Positions 1 through 11,049 of a stretch of 64,000 nt of DNA are shown one piece after another. Numbering within the stretch: position 1 is the stretch's first letter; each line of letters starts with the position of its first letter. This stretch comes from Octopus sinensis (Eukaryota). The notes under the pieces are model-generated. The model searched no databases. It was not told the DNA's origin and saw nothing but the letters and a program-made list of their open reading frames with translations. The stretch covers positions 33,852,001 to 33,916,000 of the forward strand of contig NC_043002.1 in NCBI RefSeq assembly GCF_006345805.1, written 5' to 3'. The position numbers and the translations under genes are program-made.

Positions 1-1747
1 GACAGTTGTGGATATACCCTTATTTGTTTTTGTTGTTCAAATACATGCCATCAACCATTTCGAGTTATTTCTTTTAGTTCATTTTTCTTTCATCTTTGCA
101 ACTTATTTAGGCCATAATGTGTTGTGCTCTTTTTATATATCTGTTTGTATTGTATGTACTGATGATATCTGTTGAGGCAGAACCAAATGTCTACAGCGTC
201 TTTCACTGTAATACATACAGTGGGCGCTATCTAACTATGTCACACATACTAAGACTTACCGCCACTGTATCATATGAATCGAGGTATACCTCCAATATAC
301 TATAGGCATCAAGAATTACCTCCACTGTACCTCTGCTGTTCTACATGCATCGAGAAACTCTTCAAAAGTATTACATGTATTGGTGATCTACTACATATGA
401 GGGAAATTCTGTCTGTGGATGTGTTTTTTTGCGGAGTTAGCTAACTCCTCCAACATAGTTTTATCGATTTTGATGAAACTTGACAAGTGAGTACAACTCA
501 TGTCTGGAAACCTCATGGCATACTCAGACTGTTGAAAAAATTGATAAGGCCCCTGGAAGGGATCCTTATAAATAACTACTATATTTTATTTTAACAGCCA
601 AAGGAAATAACCCATTCATTTTCTATATTATTTGGTATAAAAGAAATTGAGTATGCTTATTTCTTAGTATTTGAACTGTTAGAGTTATTTTCGCAATTTA
701 TCCACTACAACCCTTAAACAAGTAAATAGTATTTTCCTAAACAATAGATCCACTTATTTTGGTTAGTGACTTATTCACGAATATAGCAACACTAGCGCTC
801 CTGAGGGTAACATTCTTTGGGAATGCACAAAAGCCCTTTTCAGAGTTATTTACTTTCAATTGTTATTGTCTCATATCTGATTAACCTGTTATTACGTAAC
901 ATGCTTCACGATTTTAGTATATATACCTTATTTGTATTTCCTTCTAAGTTCTATATACTCTGGGAACGCATTAAAACCCTTTTCGGGGCTACTTTATTTG
1001 AATTGTTACTATCGGGTAACTAATTTCATGTAATTACATAACTGATTTCACAATTTGGATATTCATAACTTATTAGGAATTCCTAAAAACAAGACCCTGT
1101 GTAAGACAGTTCGGTGTTCTCTGTAAATGCACAAAAAACGGGTTACATACTTTGTATTGTTGTTATTGGATTAGTGAAACAATTATGAGAGCGGAACCAA
1201 GGGATAAGCCACGCTTTTCCCGGGATTACCGGGTACGTCTGCTAGTAACCTATGTTGTACCACATTCACTGACGCTTCTATTGTCGCACATGTGTTAATT
1301 ATCTCGGCCTTATCACATGTTTCGGGAATCAGTTTTCACCAAAGCACATCACATCCTTAGACCTACTTTCCAAAATGTAGTCCTAGGTACATCTAGATCT
1401 GTAAACATGATGGCATGGTCACAACTTCAACAACTTCGATTATACATCTTTACAACAGGTTACTGACTTGATACCGAACATCAACGTGGACCTCTGTGTG
1501 AGACTGGAAGAGTTCAGACTTCTTATTTTTAACGTAAGGTTTCAAATTTTCGGAGAGAGTATGGCTGATTAAAATTGTTCCACGACCTCATTTTCTTTTT
1601 GAACGCTACTTTATTTTATCGATCTTTGGAACGATGAAAAGCAAATTCGATCTCAACAAGATTTGATATCATATCTAAAGATTTAACTAAATACTGCGAA
1701 GTTTTGTCATCAACGATTTACCACTCCCGTTCCTAATCTTAATGCCT

Positions 1748-2118
1748 TATTTCCTCCGCCTTAGCGAAGGCAGAGGTGTTGTTTTCAGTCGTGTTTGTTT
1801 GTTTGTCCTTGGTCAAGATATCTCAAGAACTGCTGGATGGATTCGGATGAAATTTTCAGAGATGTTTGGCCTCGTGACTGGCACGAACTAATTAGATTTT
1901 GAGATCGATCCCGCACTGGACAAGGATTCTGGATTATTTTCCCTGTTTTTTTTTTTACTTAATTTTTGAGAGTGGTCGGTTCATTTTCAGTATTCTCGTT
2001 TGTGAGAGCAGTCGAGTTTATTTAAGATATTCTCATTTTAAAAATCATCTCTGGCTAATCGTTGAGAGGACGTTGGTGTTGCCTTGGCGGAGCTTTGCGC
2101 TCTCTGAGTGATCTTGTT
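1748..2118. mobile_element. Non-autonomous Helitron/Helentron-like (HINE-like) element
   Basis: Subterminal imperfect inverted repeat CTCCGCCTTAG (~1754) / CCTTGGCGGAG (2082-2092), internal GTTT microsatellite and 3' GCGCTCTCTGAGTG...TTGTT end. This resembles HINE architecture as recalled; no coding sequence. Confidence 0.4.
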
Positions 2119-2419
2119 TAATAGATGTTTTTCTGAGGTATTTCCCCAAATTTTTGTGAAAGTAAAGATAGAGTTTGAAGATTAAATAACAATTAAAAAG
2201 CGAAAACTGTTTATATTTCTTTATATCATAATAATTTATTTTCTATCATTTGTGCAATAAACTGTAATAACAAAAAAAAAAATAAATAAACGAATGCATA
2301 TGTGTGTGTGTGTGTGTGTATGTGTTTAAAGTTAGTTTCAGCTAGGACTTCAAGTCTCGCCCAGTGGTATATTTGATATATTTATTAGGAAACAAATCCT
2401 TCCTTAATACAGTCCTATA

Positions 2420-2590
2420 TTTAAGAGATGAGGAATTATGTACATTATTTACATTATTTACATTTGACGGATAGTTGTCCTCATCTTGTTTGTTGTTAAC
2501 ACAGCATTTCGGCTAATATTCCCTCCAGCCTTCATCAGGTGCCTTGGGGAAATTTCGAACCTGGGTTCTCATTCCTAAGGTATTTTTTCG
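2420..2590 (-). mobile_element. Penelope-like terminal repeat fragment with degenerate minimal hammerhead-like motif
   Basis: Minus strand 2543-2498 reads GGCAC-CUGAUGA-A-GGCUG(loop)UAGCC-GAAA-UGCU-GUGUU. Part of the repeat (2441-2473) recurs inverted at 2843-2875. Confidence 0.5.
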
Positions 2591-2599
2591 ATGTTGTTC

Positions 2600-2662
<63 letters not shown>

Positions 2663-2691
2663 ATATTATTATTATATTATTATTATTATTA

Positions 2692-2737
<46 letters not shown>

Positions 2738-2742
2738 ATTAG

Positions 2743-2808
2743 TGCCTGGAATCGAACTTGGAATCTTGAGGTTAGTAGCCCGTGCTCTTAACCACTATGC
2801 CACATGCC
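2743..2808 (-). mobile_element. tRNA-derived SINE head fragment
   Basis: Reverse complement has A box TGGCATAGTGGTTAAGAGC and B box GTTCGATTCC; no acceptor-stem 3' half. Confidence 0.6.
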
Positions 2809-2990
2809 CACGGGCATATGGTGTAGTGGACAGATAGGATAAATATCCGTCAAATGTAAATAATGTAAATAATGTAAATCCTTCCTTGTACAAGAAAACA
2901 TGAAGTTTCGGCATGGAATTGAATGTATTTCATTCATTCATACATACATATATACATACACGTATGCTTGTATAATATATACATACTACA

Positions 2991-3075
<85 letters not shown>

Positions 3076-3270
3076 ACACACATGCACATATATGTGTGTA
3101 TGCAAATACATAATGTATACATACACAGACAGAAAGATGTGTGTATGTTTGTGTGCGCGTATGTATATATATATTACACACACACGCACACACATATATA
3201 CAGAGAAAGAAAGAGAAAGAGATTGCCATAAATATGTTTATATATGTTTATACATAATATATATGTGTGC

Positions 3271-3308
<38 letters not shown>

Positions 3309-3482
3309 TTATATGTATGCAAGTATGTATAGGTATGTGTGTGTGTGTGTGTGTGAGATAAAGTGTGCACGTGAATATGCGTGTGTCGGCGCGTGCGCGC
3401 GCGCGCGCGCGCGCGTGTGTGTGTGTGTGAATACATATGTATATGTATGTGTGAAAGTTTCAGAATTTCACTGACTCATTCT

Positions 3483-4186
3483 TTACATCTTGGACGTTAT
3501 TGCCGCTGGCGATCGCATTGAATGTTTGGTCAACATCTGAGGTTGTCTTTCTGATATTGCTACTGTGGCTGTTGGTAGCTTGCCTGGGTCTGTTATTGTT
3601 GGTATCACCTCATTGTTGGTGGTGGTGAACAGGAAACTAGGTAGATTCGTACTGTTTGACAAAGCTGTGGTCAGCAACGGTTTGTGTGCGTGTGTGTTCT
3701 GTAGAGGAAATGCTGTGGGGTTCATATGCGAGTTACGACCGAAAAACGTGGCATTGGTACAGTTAGTGGAGTTGTTGTTAATTCGACTAGGACACGATGT
3801 GACTGGATTTACCACAGCAGTTGGCGATGGGACATTCAAGTAGGAAGTGCCATGGGAGCCCTGAGCTACATATGGGTTATATCGATGAAGGCTTCGAATG
3901 GAGGTTCCAGTGGTACAGGTCAGATTCGAACCAGCTCCGTACTGCATGCGTGTAACTTGTGAGGCGACTCGACTGATCGTGTCTCGATAGACATTACCAG
4001 TATTAATAGAAGCGTCAGGTCTGAATCTGGTCTGAAGGTAAGACATGATACGTATACAGCGACTATCGTTTGTGTCAATGCCCTCCACATCGGTCATGTA
4101 ACGAACCACCTCCTGCATACATTCATTGTAACCAACTTGGTAGTGATGCATGAAGTCGGCCCAAACATCAGACGTAAACCAGTCAC
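3483..4186 (-). CDS. HELT: HELT-like bHLH-Orange factor, last coding exon (Orange domain + S/T/N-rich tail)
   Basis: Acceptor tttatccgcAG at 4188-4187. The phase-1 join to the 17608-17704 exon gives ...RFEN-G-DWFTSDVWADFMHHYQVGYNECMQEVVRYMTDVEGIDTNDSRCIRIMSYLQTRF, which matches the HELT Orange domain (FHYGYHECMKNLVHYLTTVE..TKDTKYARILAFLQSK). TAA stop at 3485-3483; no WRPW/YRPW. Confidence 0.92.
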
Positions 4187-4348
4187 CTGCGGATAAATAG
4201 ATATATGATATTAGTTTTTAATTTTTTCAAATAAATAGATAAGTATCATATAAATTTCTCCTGAAATAATACATATTATCTTACTGTCACCTCAGATCAA
4301 CACGTTTTACATTATTCATTACCTTAACAATAAACACACACACACACG

Positions 4349-4406
<58 letters not shown>

Positions 4407-4469
4407 TGCATATACATACATACATACATACATACATACATACACACATATATATATACACACACACTC

Positions 4470-5650
4470 ACAGAGGGTGCATAAGGTATTCGAAGACATA
4501 CCTTTTTGGGTCATTGCTGCATTTTTTTGCTGACTCTGTATAATCTTTCTTTCAGAAAATAGTATTGGTAGACCCTCAACTTACTCAAGAAATGAAGAGG
4601 CATGCTGTTATTCTGGTTATAAAGGTTGAACATAAAGATTTAGAAATATCTCGAGTTTTAAAAGTTGCCAGAGCTTTCGTCTACAAAGTTTGTTAGGAGC
4701 TAGAGACTGAAGATGGAAACGTATCACCAGTATCAAAGCATAAAGAGTATTGTAAACGCTCTGAAATCATCAGAACACCAGAATTTATCCAGCTACTTCA
4801 ACAGACCATTGATTACAATCCCAGAAAGTCCGTGAGGTTAATTGCAAAAGATCTCCATTTGTCAGAAGGAACAGTCAGAAATGTTGTCCACGAAGACATC
4901 AGATATAAGCAAAAGAAAATCACTACATCAGAACTAAAAGGCTCTTAAACAAACTGAAAAATCCAGTAGAAGATTTGATTTGGTTTTTCGCAAACGAAGA
5001 AAACTTCGACCAAGATCAAAAAAGTAAACAGAAGAAATGACAGATGGTTATGTGCAGATCCGTCTGAAGTTTCAAGTGCTAAGCATACAAAATTTTCTGC
5101 AATTGTCATAGTTTTAGGGGTTGTCAGCAATGAAGGACATGTGGTGCCTCCTTAATTCTTTCCACAAGGCCTCCTACATTGAGGTTCTGGAAATAATTGC
5201 ATGTAATGGAAGGCCATATGTGTTTCAGTAAAACTCTACACTATCACACATGGCTCTAGTAACGCAGGAATGAATGAATGAAAATTATCATGATCACATA
5301 ACCCCTAACATTTGGCCCCCTAATTCCCCATATCTCAATCCATTGGACATGTGTGACATTGTTGAGAGAGAGGTCAATGAACACGCCCATAACACCAAAG
5401 ATTCTATGAAAGCTGTCATAGTCAGAGTAATGTCCAGAATGAACCAGGACCAATTGATTCGAGCATGTAGATGACTAAGATCTCATACAGAAGCAGTTGT
5501 CGAACTGAAGGTGGCGTTATTGAATAACACTTTAGAAAAGAAGATTTATTTTTATCCTCATAGTATTTTTTCATAAATAAAGTTATTATCTGTTCTTATA
5601 TATGTTTTTCTTTTATAAACATGAATCTGCGCTCAAATACTTTACGCACC

Positions 5651-5654
<4 letters not shown>
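4470..5654 (+). mobile_element. Degenerate Tc1/mariner (maT/DD37D-like) transposon
   Basis: Imperfect TIRs CAG(AG)GGTGCATAAGGTATT / AATACTTTACGCACCCTG-TA. Broken transposase frames: WFFANEENFDQDQKVNRRNDRW..IVLGVVSNEG and WPPNSPYLNPLD (ORF 5274-5474). Confidence 0.8.
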
Positions 5655-5684
<30 letters not shown>

Positions 5685-5690
<6 letters not shown>

Positions 5691-5880
5691 AAAGTTTACG
5701 AAAATAAACAAAAGACGAAGGCAGGTGGAGTACAAACAAACAAATGTATTAGTATAGCGCTCAGGAATAGAAAAAAGTCTTTTATGTTTCGAGCCTACGC
5801 TCTTCGACAGAAAGATACACAGAAAAAAACAAGGAGAAAAAATATGCGTGTAGGAGCTAGCGATCTATCATGGCGTCACA
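5685..5880 (-). mobile_element. Penelope-like terminal repeat family (copy 1) with hammerhead-like fold
   Basis: Homologous to 51617-51780 and, inverted and partial, 56785-56870. Minus strand 5815-5778: UCUUU-CUGUCGA-A-GAGC-GUAG-GCUC-GAAA-CAUA-AAAGA. Confidence 0.5.
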
Positions 5881-6456
5881 GTAGGAATTTTTTTTTACAA
5901 TTAGATTTACGTTTGTTACTGTTAGGTTTAAAGCTCCACGTGGGCTATCATAATCTCGTCTGCTTCATGTATAGTTGTAAATTACTTTTATAATGAGTGG
6001 TATTACAAGTTATTAACTGCAGAGCAAATGTAGGAGAAATAAGGATAAACAAAGGTTTATGTTATCGTTCGTAAGCGCGTTTCACCGTTCTCGTTGTTTA
6101 GGGACCAACAATAGGTGTTCGAAGTGCATTTAGATGCTCAACAACAACGGACCATCAGGTACATAGTTATCTGGAAATTAATACAACAAAGTGTTCTCTG
6201 ATGGTCCTTTGTGGTTGAGGATTTAAATGTACTACGAATACCTATAGCTGGGTTCCGAACAACTATAATGGTGAATCGTGTATATACATATGTGTTATTA
6301 AGTTAGACATGTCCTGGGCCAATACTGGCAAAAAAGTAAGTAAAGTATACGTGCATATACATACGTACATACATATATATATATATGCATGTATATGTAT
6401 ATATATATATGTATGTGTGTATATATATATGTATGTATATACATACATATATATAT

Positions 6457-6590
<134 letters not shown>

Positions 6591-7142
6591 GAATGTACAT
6601 ATGTATACATACAAACACGTGAATGTATACATACGTACATTCATACATACACACATATATACATGTCTGTGCGAGCGCGTGTGTGAATAAACATCAAATT
6701 ATGGGGAAAAAATCATACACATACACATACACATACACATAAAGGCACTCAAATACACACGCAGACATACACACGTACAGAGTCAAGCAACAACTGAAAG
6801 GACGAGAATATTATTGGAGAGGGTAACGCTCTTTTACAGTCAGTTCTTACTTCCATTTTGCCGGAAGTGTAAATGAATTTTAAGTACGAGCGCCATGTTG
6901 TTTTTATTCTTCATAAATGAAGAACATCTAGAAATGTTATGAACAGCATTAATTTTGTGTTGTTGTTGTTGTTGTTAATGTTTTTGGTGTTGGGGGAGAT
7001 TGTGTCGGTGGTGCGTATTATTGCTTGTGTTCTTATAATTGATTCTATGTTAACTCTGGCAGTTATTTTTTTCTTTCGTAATTTCATCTAAAAATGTCCT
7101 CTCAGTTGTCAACCTTTTGGCAAATAAATAAATAAATAATTG

Positions 7143-7206
<64 letters not shown>

Positions 7207-7219
7207 TGATGATGATGAT

Positions 7220-7253
<34 letters not shown>

Positions 7254-8071
7254 GTAATAATAATAATAATAATGATGATGATAATAATAATAATAGTTGT
7301 TGTCATTATTAATTTTGTTATTGTTATTATTATTGGTTGAGATCTGTCACCACCACATTATTGTAGGTGGCAGTGTAAAGAATACGATAATATTGTGCAA
7401 GAAGAACAAATATAACATCTTCAATAACAACTACAACAACTAAACGAGGAAAAAAAAAGAAAGGAAAACATTCTTGTGGATTTTTCTGGTTAAAAAAAGA
7501 ACAATAAAAAACATACAACTAGTGATAGAGAGCAGGATGAGCTGAAGGAACACACACACACATGATAAAACCAATTTAAAGTAAGTGATTTCAAAAAGAA
7601 ATGTATAAGAACTTTTCGCAAATAGGGGGAAAAATGTAATATTGAGCGAGAAGGAGGGAGAGAGTGGAGGAAAGGGAGACGGTGAAATAGAAGAAATTGG
7701 AAGTTGAGAAAAATTGGGAGATGAAGGAGAAGTGGATACCAGTAAATGGAGGGTTGTATGAAATTATTTGCATGTTTTCATATATTCACTGCTGTTTATT
7801 TATTTGTGTGGGTGTATACAACCATAAACACACATACACACACAAAAATACATGTATGTTATTTATGTATGAATATTGTTTTGTTGGTTCAGCTATCATT
7901 TAGAGAGAGAAAAAAAGATTAATTCTGCCGTAGGTGGAAGGAATCTTAACGAGTTTAACTTATCAATTACAGAAGGTGACATGTCTGTTTGTTAATTCAT
8001 ATATTTATACGGCAGCCTTATACAGTAATAAAGAAATAAATATTAAAAGCAGTAGTAGAAATAATATTTCA

Positions 8072-8454
8072 AATTTTGCCACAAGGGAAGCAATTTGGGG
8101 AGAGGGGATGAGTCGATTACATCGATCCTAATCTTCAACTTATTTTATCGACCACAAAAGGATGAAAGGCAAAGTCGACCTCGGCAGAATTTGAACTCAG
8201 AACGTAGCGGCAGACGAAATACCTGTTTCTTTATTACCCACAAGGGGCTAAACACAGAGAGGACAAACAAGGACAGACAAACGGATTAAGTCGATTATAT
8301 CGACCTCAGTGCGTAACTGGTACTTAATTTATCGACCCCGAAAGGATGAAAGGCAAAGTCGACCTCGGCGGAATTTGAACTCAGAACGCAACGGCAGACG
8401 AAATACCGCTAAGCATTTCGTCCGGCGTGCTAACGTTTCTGCCAGCTCGCCGCC

Positions 8455-8456
<2 letters not shown>
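8072..8456 (-). mobile_element. tRNA-derived SINE family 1, dimeric form
   Basis: Head GGCGGCGAGCTGGCAGAAACGTTAGC, B box GAGTTCAAATTCC and core CCTTTCATCCTTTCGGGGTCGATAAAT; B box and core occur twice; head end abuts a (TAA)n tract. Confidence 0.85.
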
Positions 8457-8499
<43 letters not shown>

Positions 8500-8750
8500 T
8501 TCTTTATTGATCATAAAGGTTGTAAAAAACATTTAAGACAATACAAAGACAAAGGACAATGCCGATTTAACATAGAAACGCGAAAGTAATAAAACAATGA
8601 CAATTTGCAAAAAAGGAAAATCTTAAACAAAATCCCCAATAAGGTGGTGGTGGTGGTGGTGATTGGTGAAACGCCTTCAAGGGCAACCAAACAAGGAACT
8701 CCCACAGATTCCAAGCCACCCTACTCACTGGGGATACCATGAAAAGTGTT

Positions 8751-8782
<32 letters not shown>

Positions 8783-8805
8783 CTGTACTTCCCAGCATTA
8801 AACGA

Positions 8806-8842
8806 CTATGATGATGATGATTTTGATGATGGTGATGATGAA

Positions 8843-8882
<40 letters not shown>

Positions 8883-8905
8883 TGATGATGATGATAAGGA
8901 TGATA

Positions 8906-8985
<80 letters not shown>

Positions 8986-9030
8986 GATGATGATGATTTT
9001 GATGATGATGCTGATGATGATGATGATTGC
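8806..9030. repeat. (GAT)n microsatellite, representative of many tri/di/tetranucleotide tracts
   Basis: Direct reading. Similar (TA)n, (CA)n, (TAA)n, (CATA)n, (GATA)n and (TTTC)n tracts explain most ORF-track entries. Confidence 0.95.
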
Positions 9031-9689
9031 ATCAATAGCAAGAGCAAAAAAAAAACAACAAAACAATTATAACAACACCATTTGAAGTTACACTACAATA
9101 ACAACAACAACAACAAAAGTTGTAACAGCAGCAGCAGCAGCAGCAACAACAACAACAACAGCATTATAACTATCGACAACGATAGCAACACCAACAACAT
9201 CATCATCATCATCAACATCAGCAACAAATAACGGCCAACAACAGCAATAACATGAACAACAACAGTAACAGCTGCAGTTTCAACAACAAAAACAACAACA
9301 GATGTAATCAACTATTACAGCAGCAACAACAACAACAACAACAACAATACCAGCAACACCTTAATACCACCACCAACAACAACTTCCATATCAACAACGG
9401 TAACTGCAGCAACTATAAAACTGTTGGTTTTGACATGTTGTCAGCTAACAAAAGTGTGATATTCCACCAATAGTTTTGGTGCAATTTCTACGATCAGCTC
9501 TGATTGGTTGCACGTTATTGCATTGAAAGTACTTTGCACTTTGAGGAGATTACAAGTGCCAAAAAAATCGAAACTGGCTGCTTTTCTGCGATTATTTCTT
9601 GGCCTTAGGGGCCAAACGAAAGAAGAAAAAAAATAACAATGATAAATAAATAAAAACCTTACTTTTAATGAAAATACTGGAAGCAAGCA

Positions 9690-9735
<46 letters not shown>

Positions 9736-9864
9736 GTTGTTGTTGTTGTTGTTGTTATTATTATTATTATTATTAAGTGGGCGCTTCACTCTGGTGACAG
9801 AATGTCATACAGACGTTGGTATTTTTCAATAACATCGCTCTGATGACAAGAATTAATCGAACAC

Positions 9865-9910
<46 letters not shown>

Positions 9911-10759
9911 GATGATGATGATGATGTAGAGAAGGAGGAAGAAGAAAGGTGAAACAGACTGGAGATGAGGATGGGCAGAAAGCAGATGAAGAAAGTCAAT
10001 CTCAAGAAACACGGCGCGTGTGCCAGATTTTAGTGTAGCGATGATGATGATGATGGTAGAGGTGGTTGTGTTGGTGGTGATGACGGTGGTGTGAATCGCT
10101 AGGTCTTTTTTAAAGCGATGCTCAAGTAGTGATTCCCTCAGAAACTGCTGATTCCATCTTCAACAAAGAAACGACATCACTCGTTTCAAAAAACTTGTGC
10201 CGAAGTTCGATTTGGTCTTTTATTACCAACTCGCCCCGCAGTTTCTATGTCTACATGAAGAATAGACAAGCTTTTAAACTATTATTAGTTCACGCGAGCC
10301 AATGTGTGTGCCTCTACGCGATTGCTTTACTTGCTGGAAATAGCAGTGAAATCTCCCTCAAGATCACACCATATTATCTTTAAAAAGTTTAGTAGGACTA
10401 CCTGAAAAGAGGACTGTCTTCAAAATAGACAGGATGGTCACAGCTGGAAAATCATTGCTCATTGGACTACTAGATCGAGACTTATCCGGGACTAAACAAT
10501 AATGTTGCACTGATGGTGTATTGGTAGTATTCTTAACTGTTTGACCATACTAGTCATTATCCTGGGTCAATGTAATTGACCATACCTCATCTCCTGTATT
10601 TGAAACATTGTCTCTATGTTAGAAATCGTTGTTTTTAACTAATATTAACACCAGAAACAAAAATACTTTCCACCTCGCCGTCTAAAATAAGAAGAGATAT
10701 CTCTGGGATTCAAGCTGTTTTCTTTCGACATTATTATTATTTTTTGTCGCCCTTTTCAA

Positions 10760-11049
10760 GCCTAGCCATGTTCTTGGGCCCGGTTTCCCGGTTTCTGTGT
10801 TGTATGTGATCTTCCCAGTTGGGCGGGACGCCAGTCCATCGCAGCGTTACTCAAGAAACAGGAAGAGAGAGTGAGAGAAAGTTTTGGCGAAAGAATACAA
10901 TAGGGGTCGTCACCAGCCCCTGCCGGAGCCTCGTGGAGCTTTTAGATGTTTTCGCACAATAATCACACACAACGCCCGGTCTGGGAATCGAAACCGCGAT
11001 CCTCCGACCGCGAGTCCGTTGCCCTAACCACTGGCCTATTGCGCCTCCA
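10760..11049 (-). mobile_element. tRNA-derived SINE (family 4)
   Basis: Reverse complement begins GGAGGCGCAATAGGCCAGTGGTTAGGGC..GGTTTCGATTCCCAGACC (A and B boxes), followed by a non-tRNA body. Confidence 0.75.

Noticed and set aside
8806-9400. Poly-D, poly-Q and poly-N ORFs that look like low-complexity coding exons
   Set aside because: These are trinucleotide tracts typical of the whole window, with no unique coding flank or convincing splice sites.
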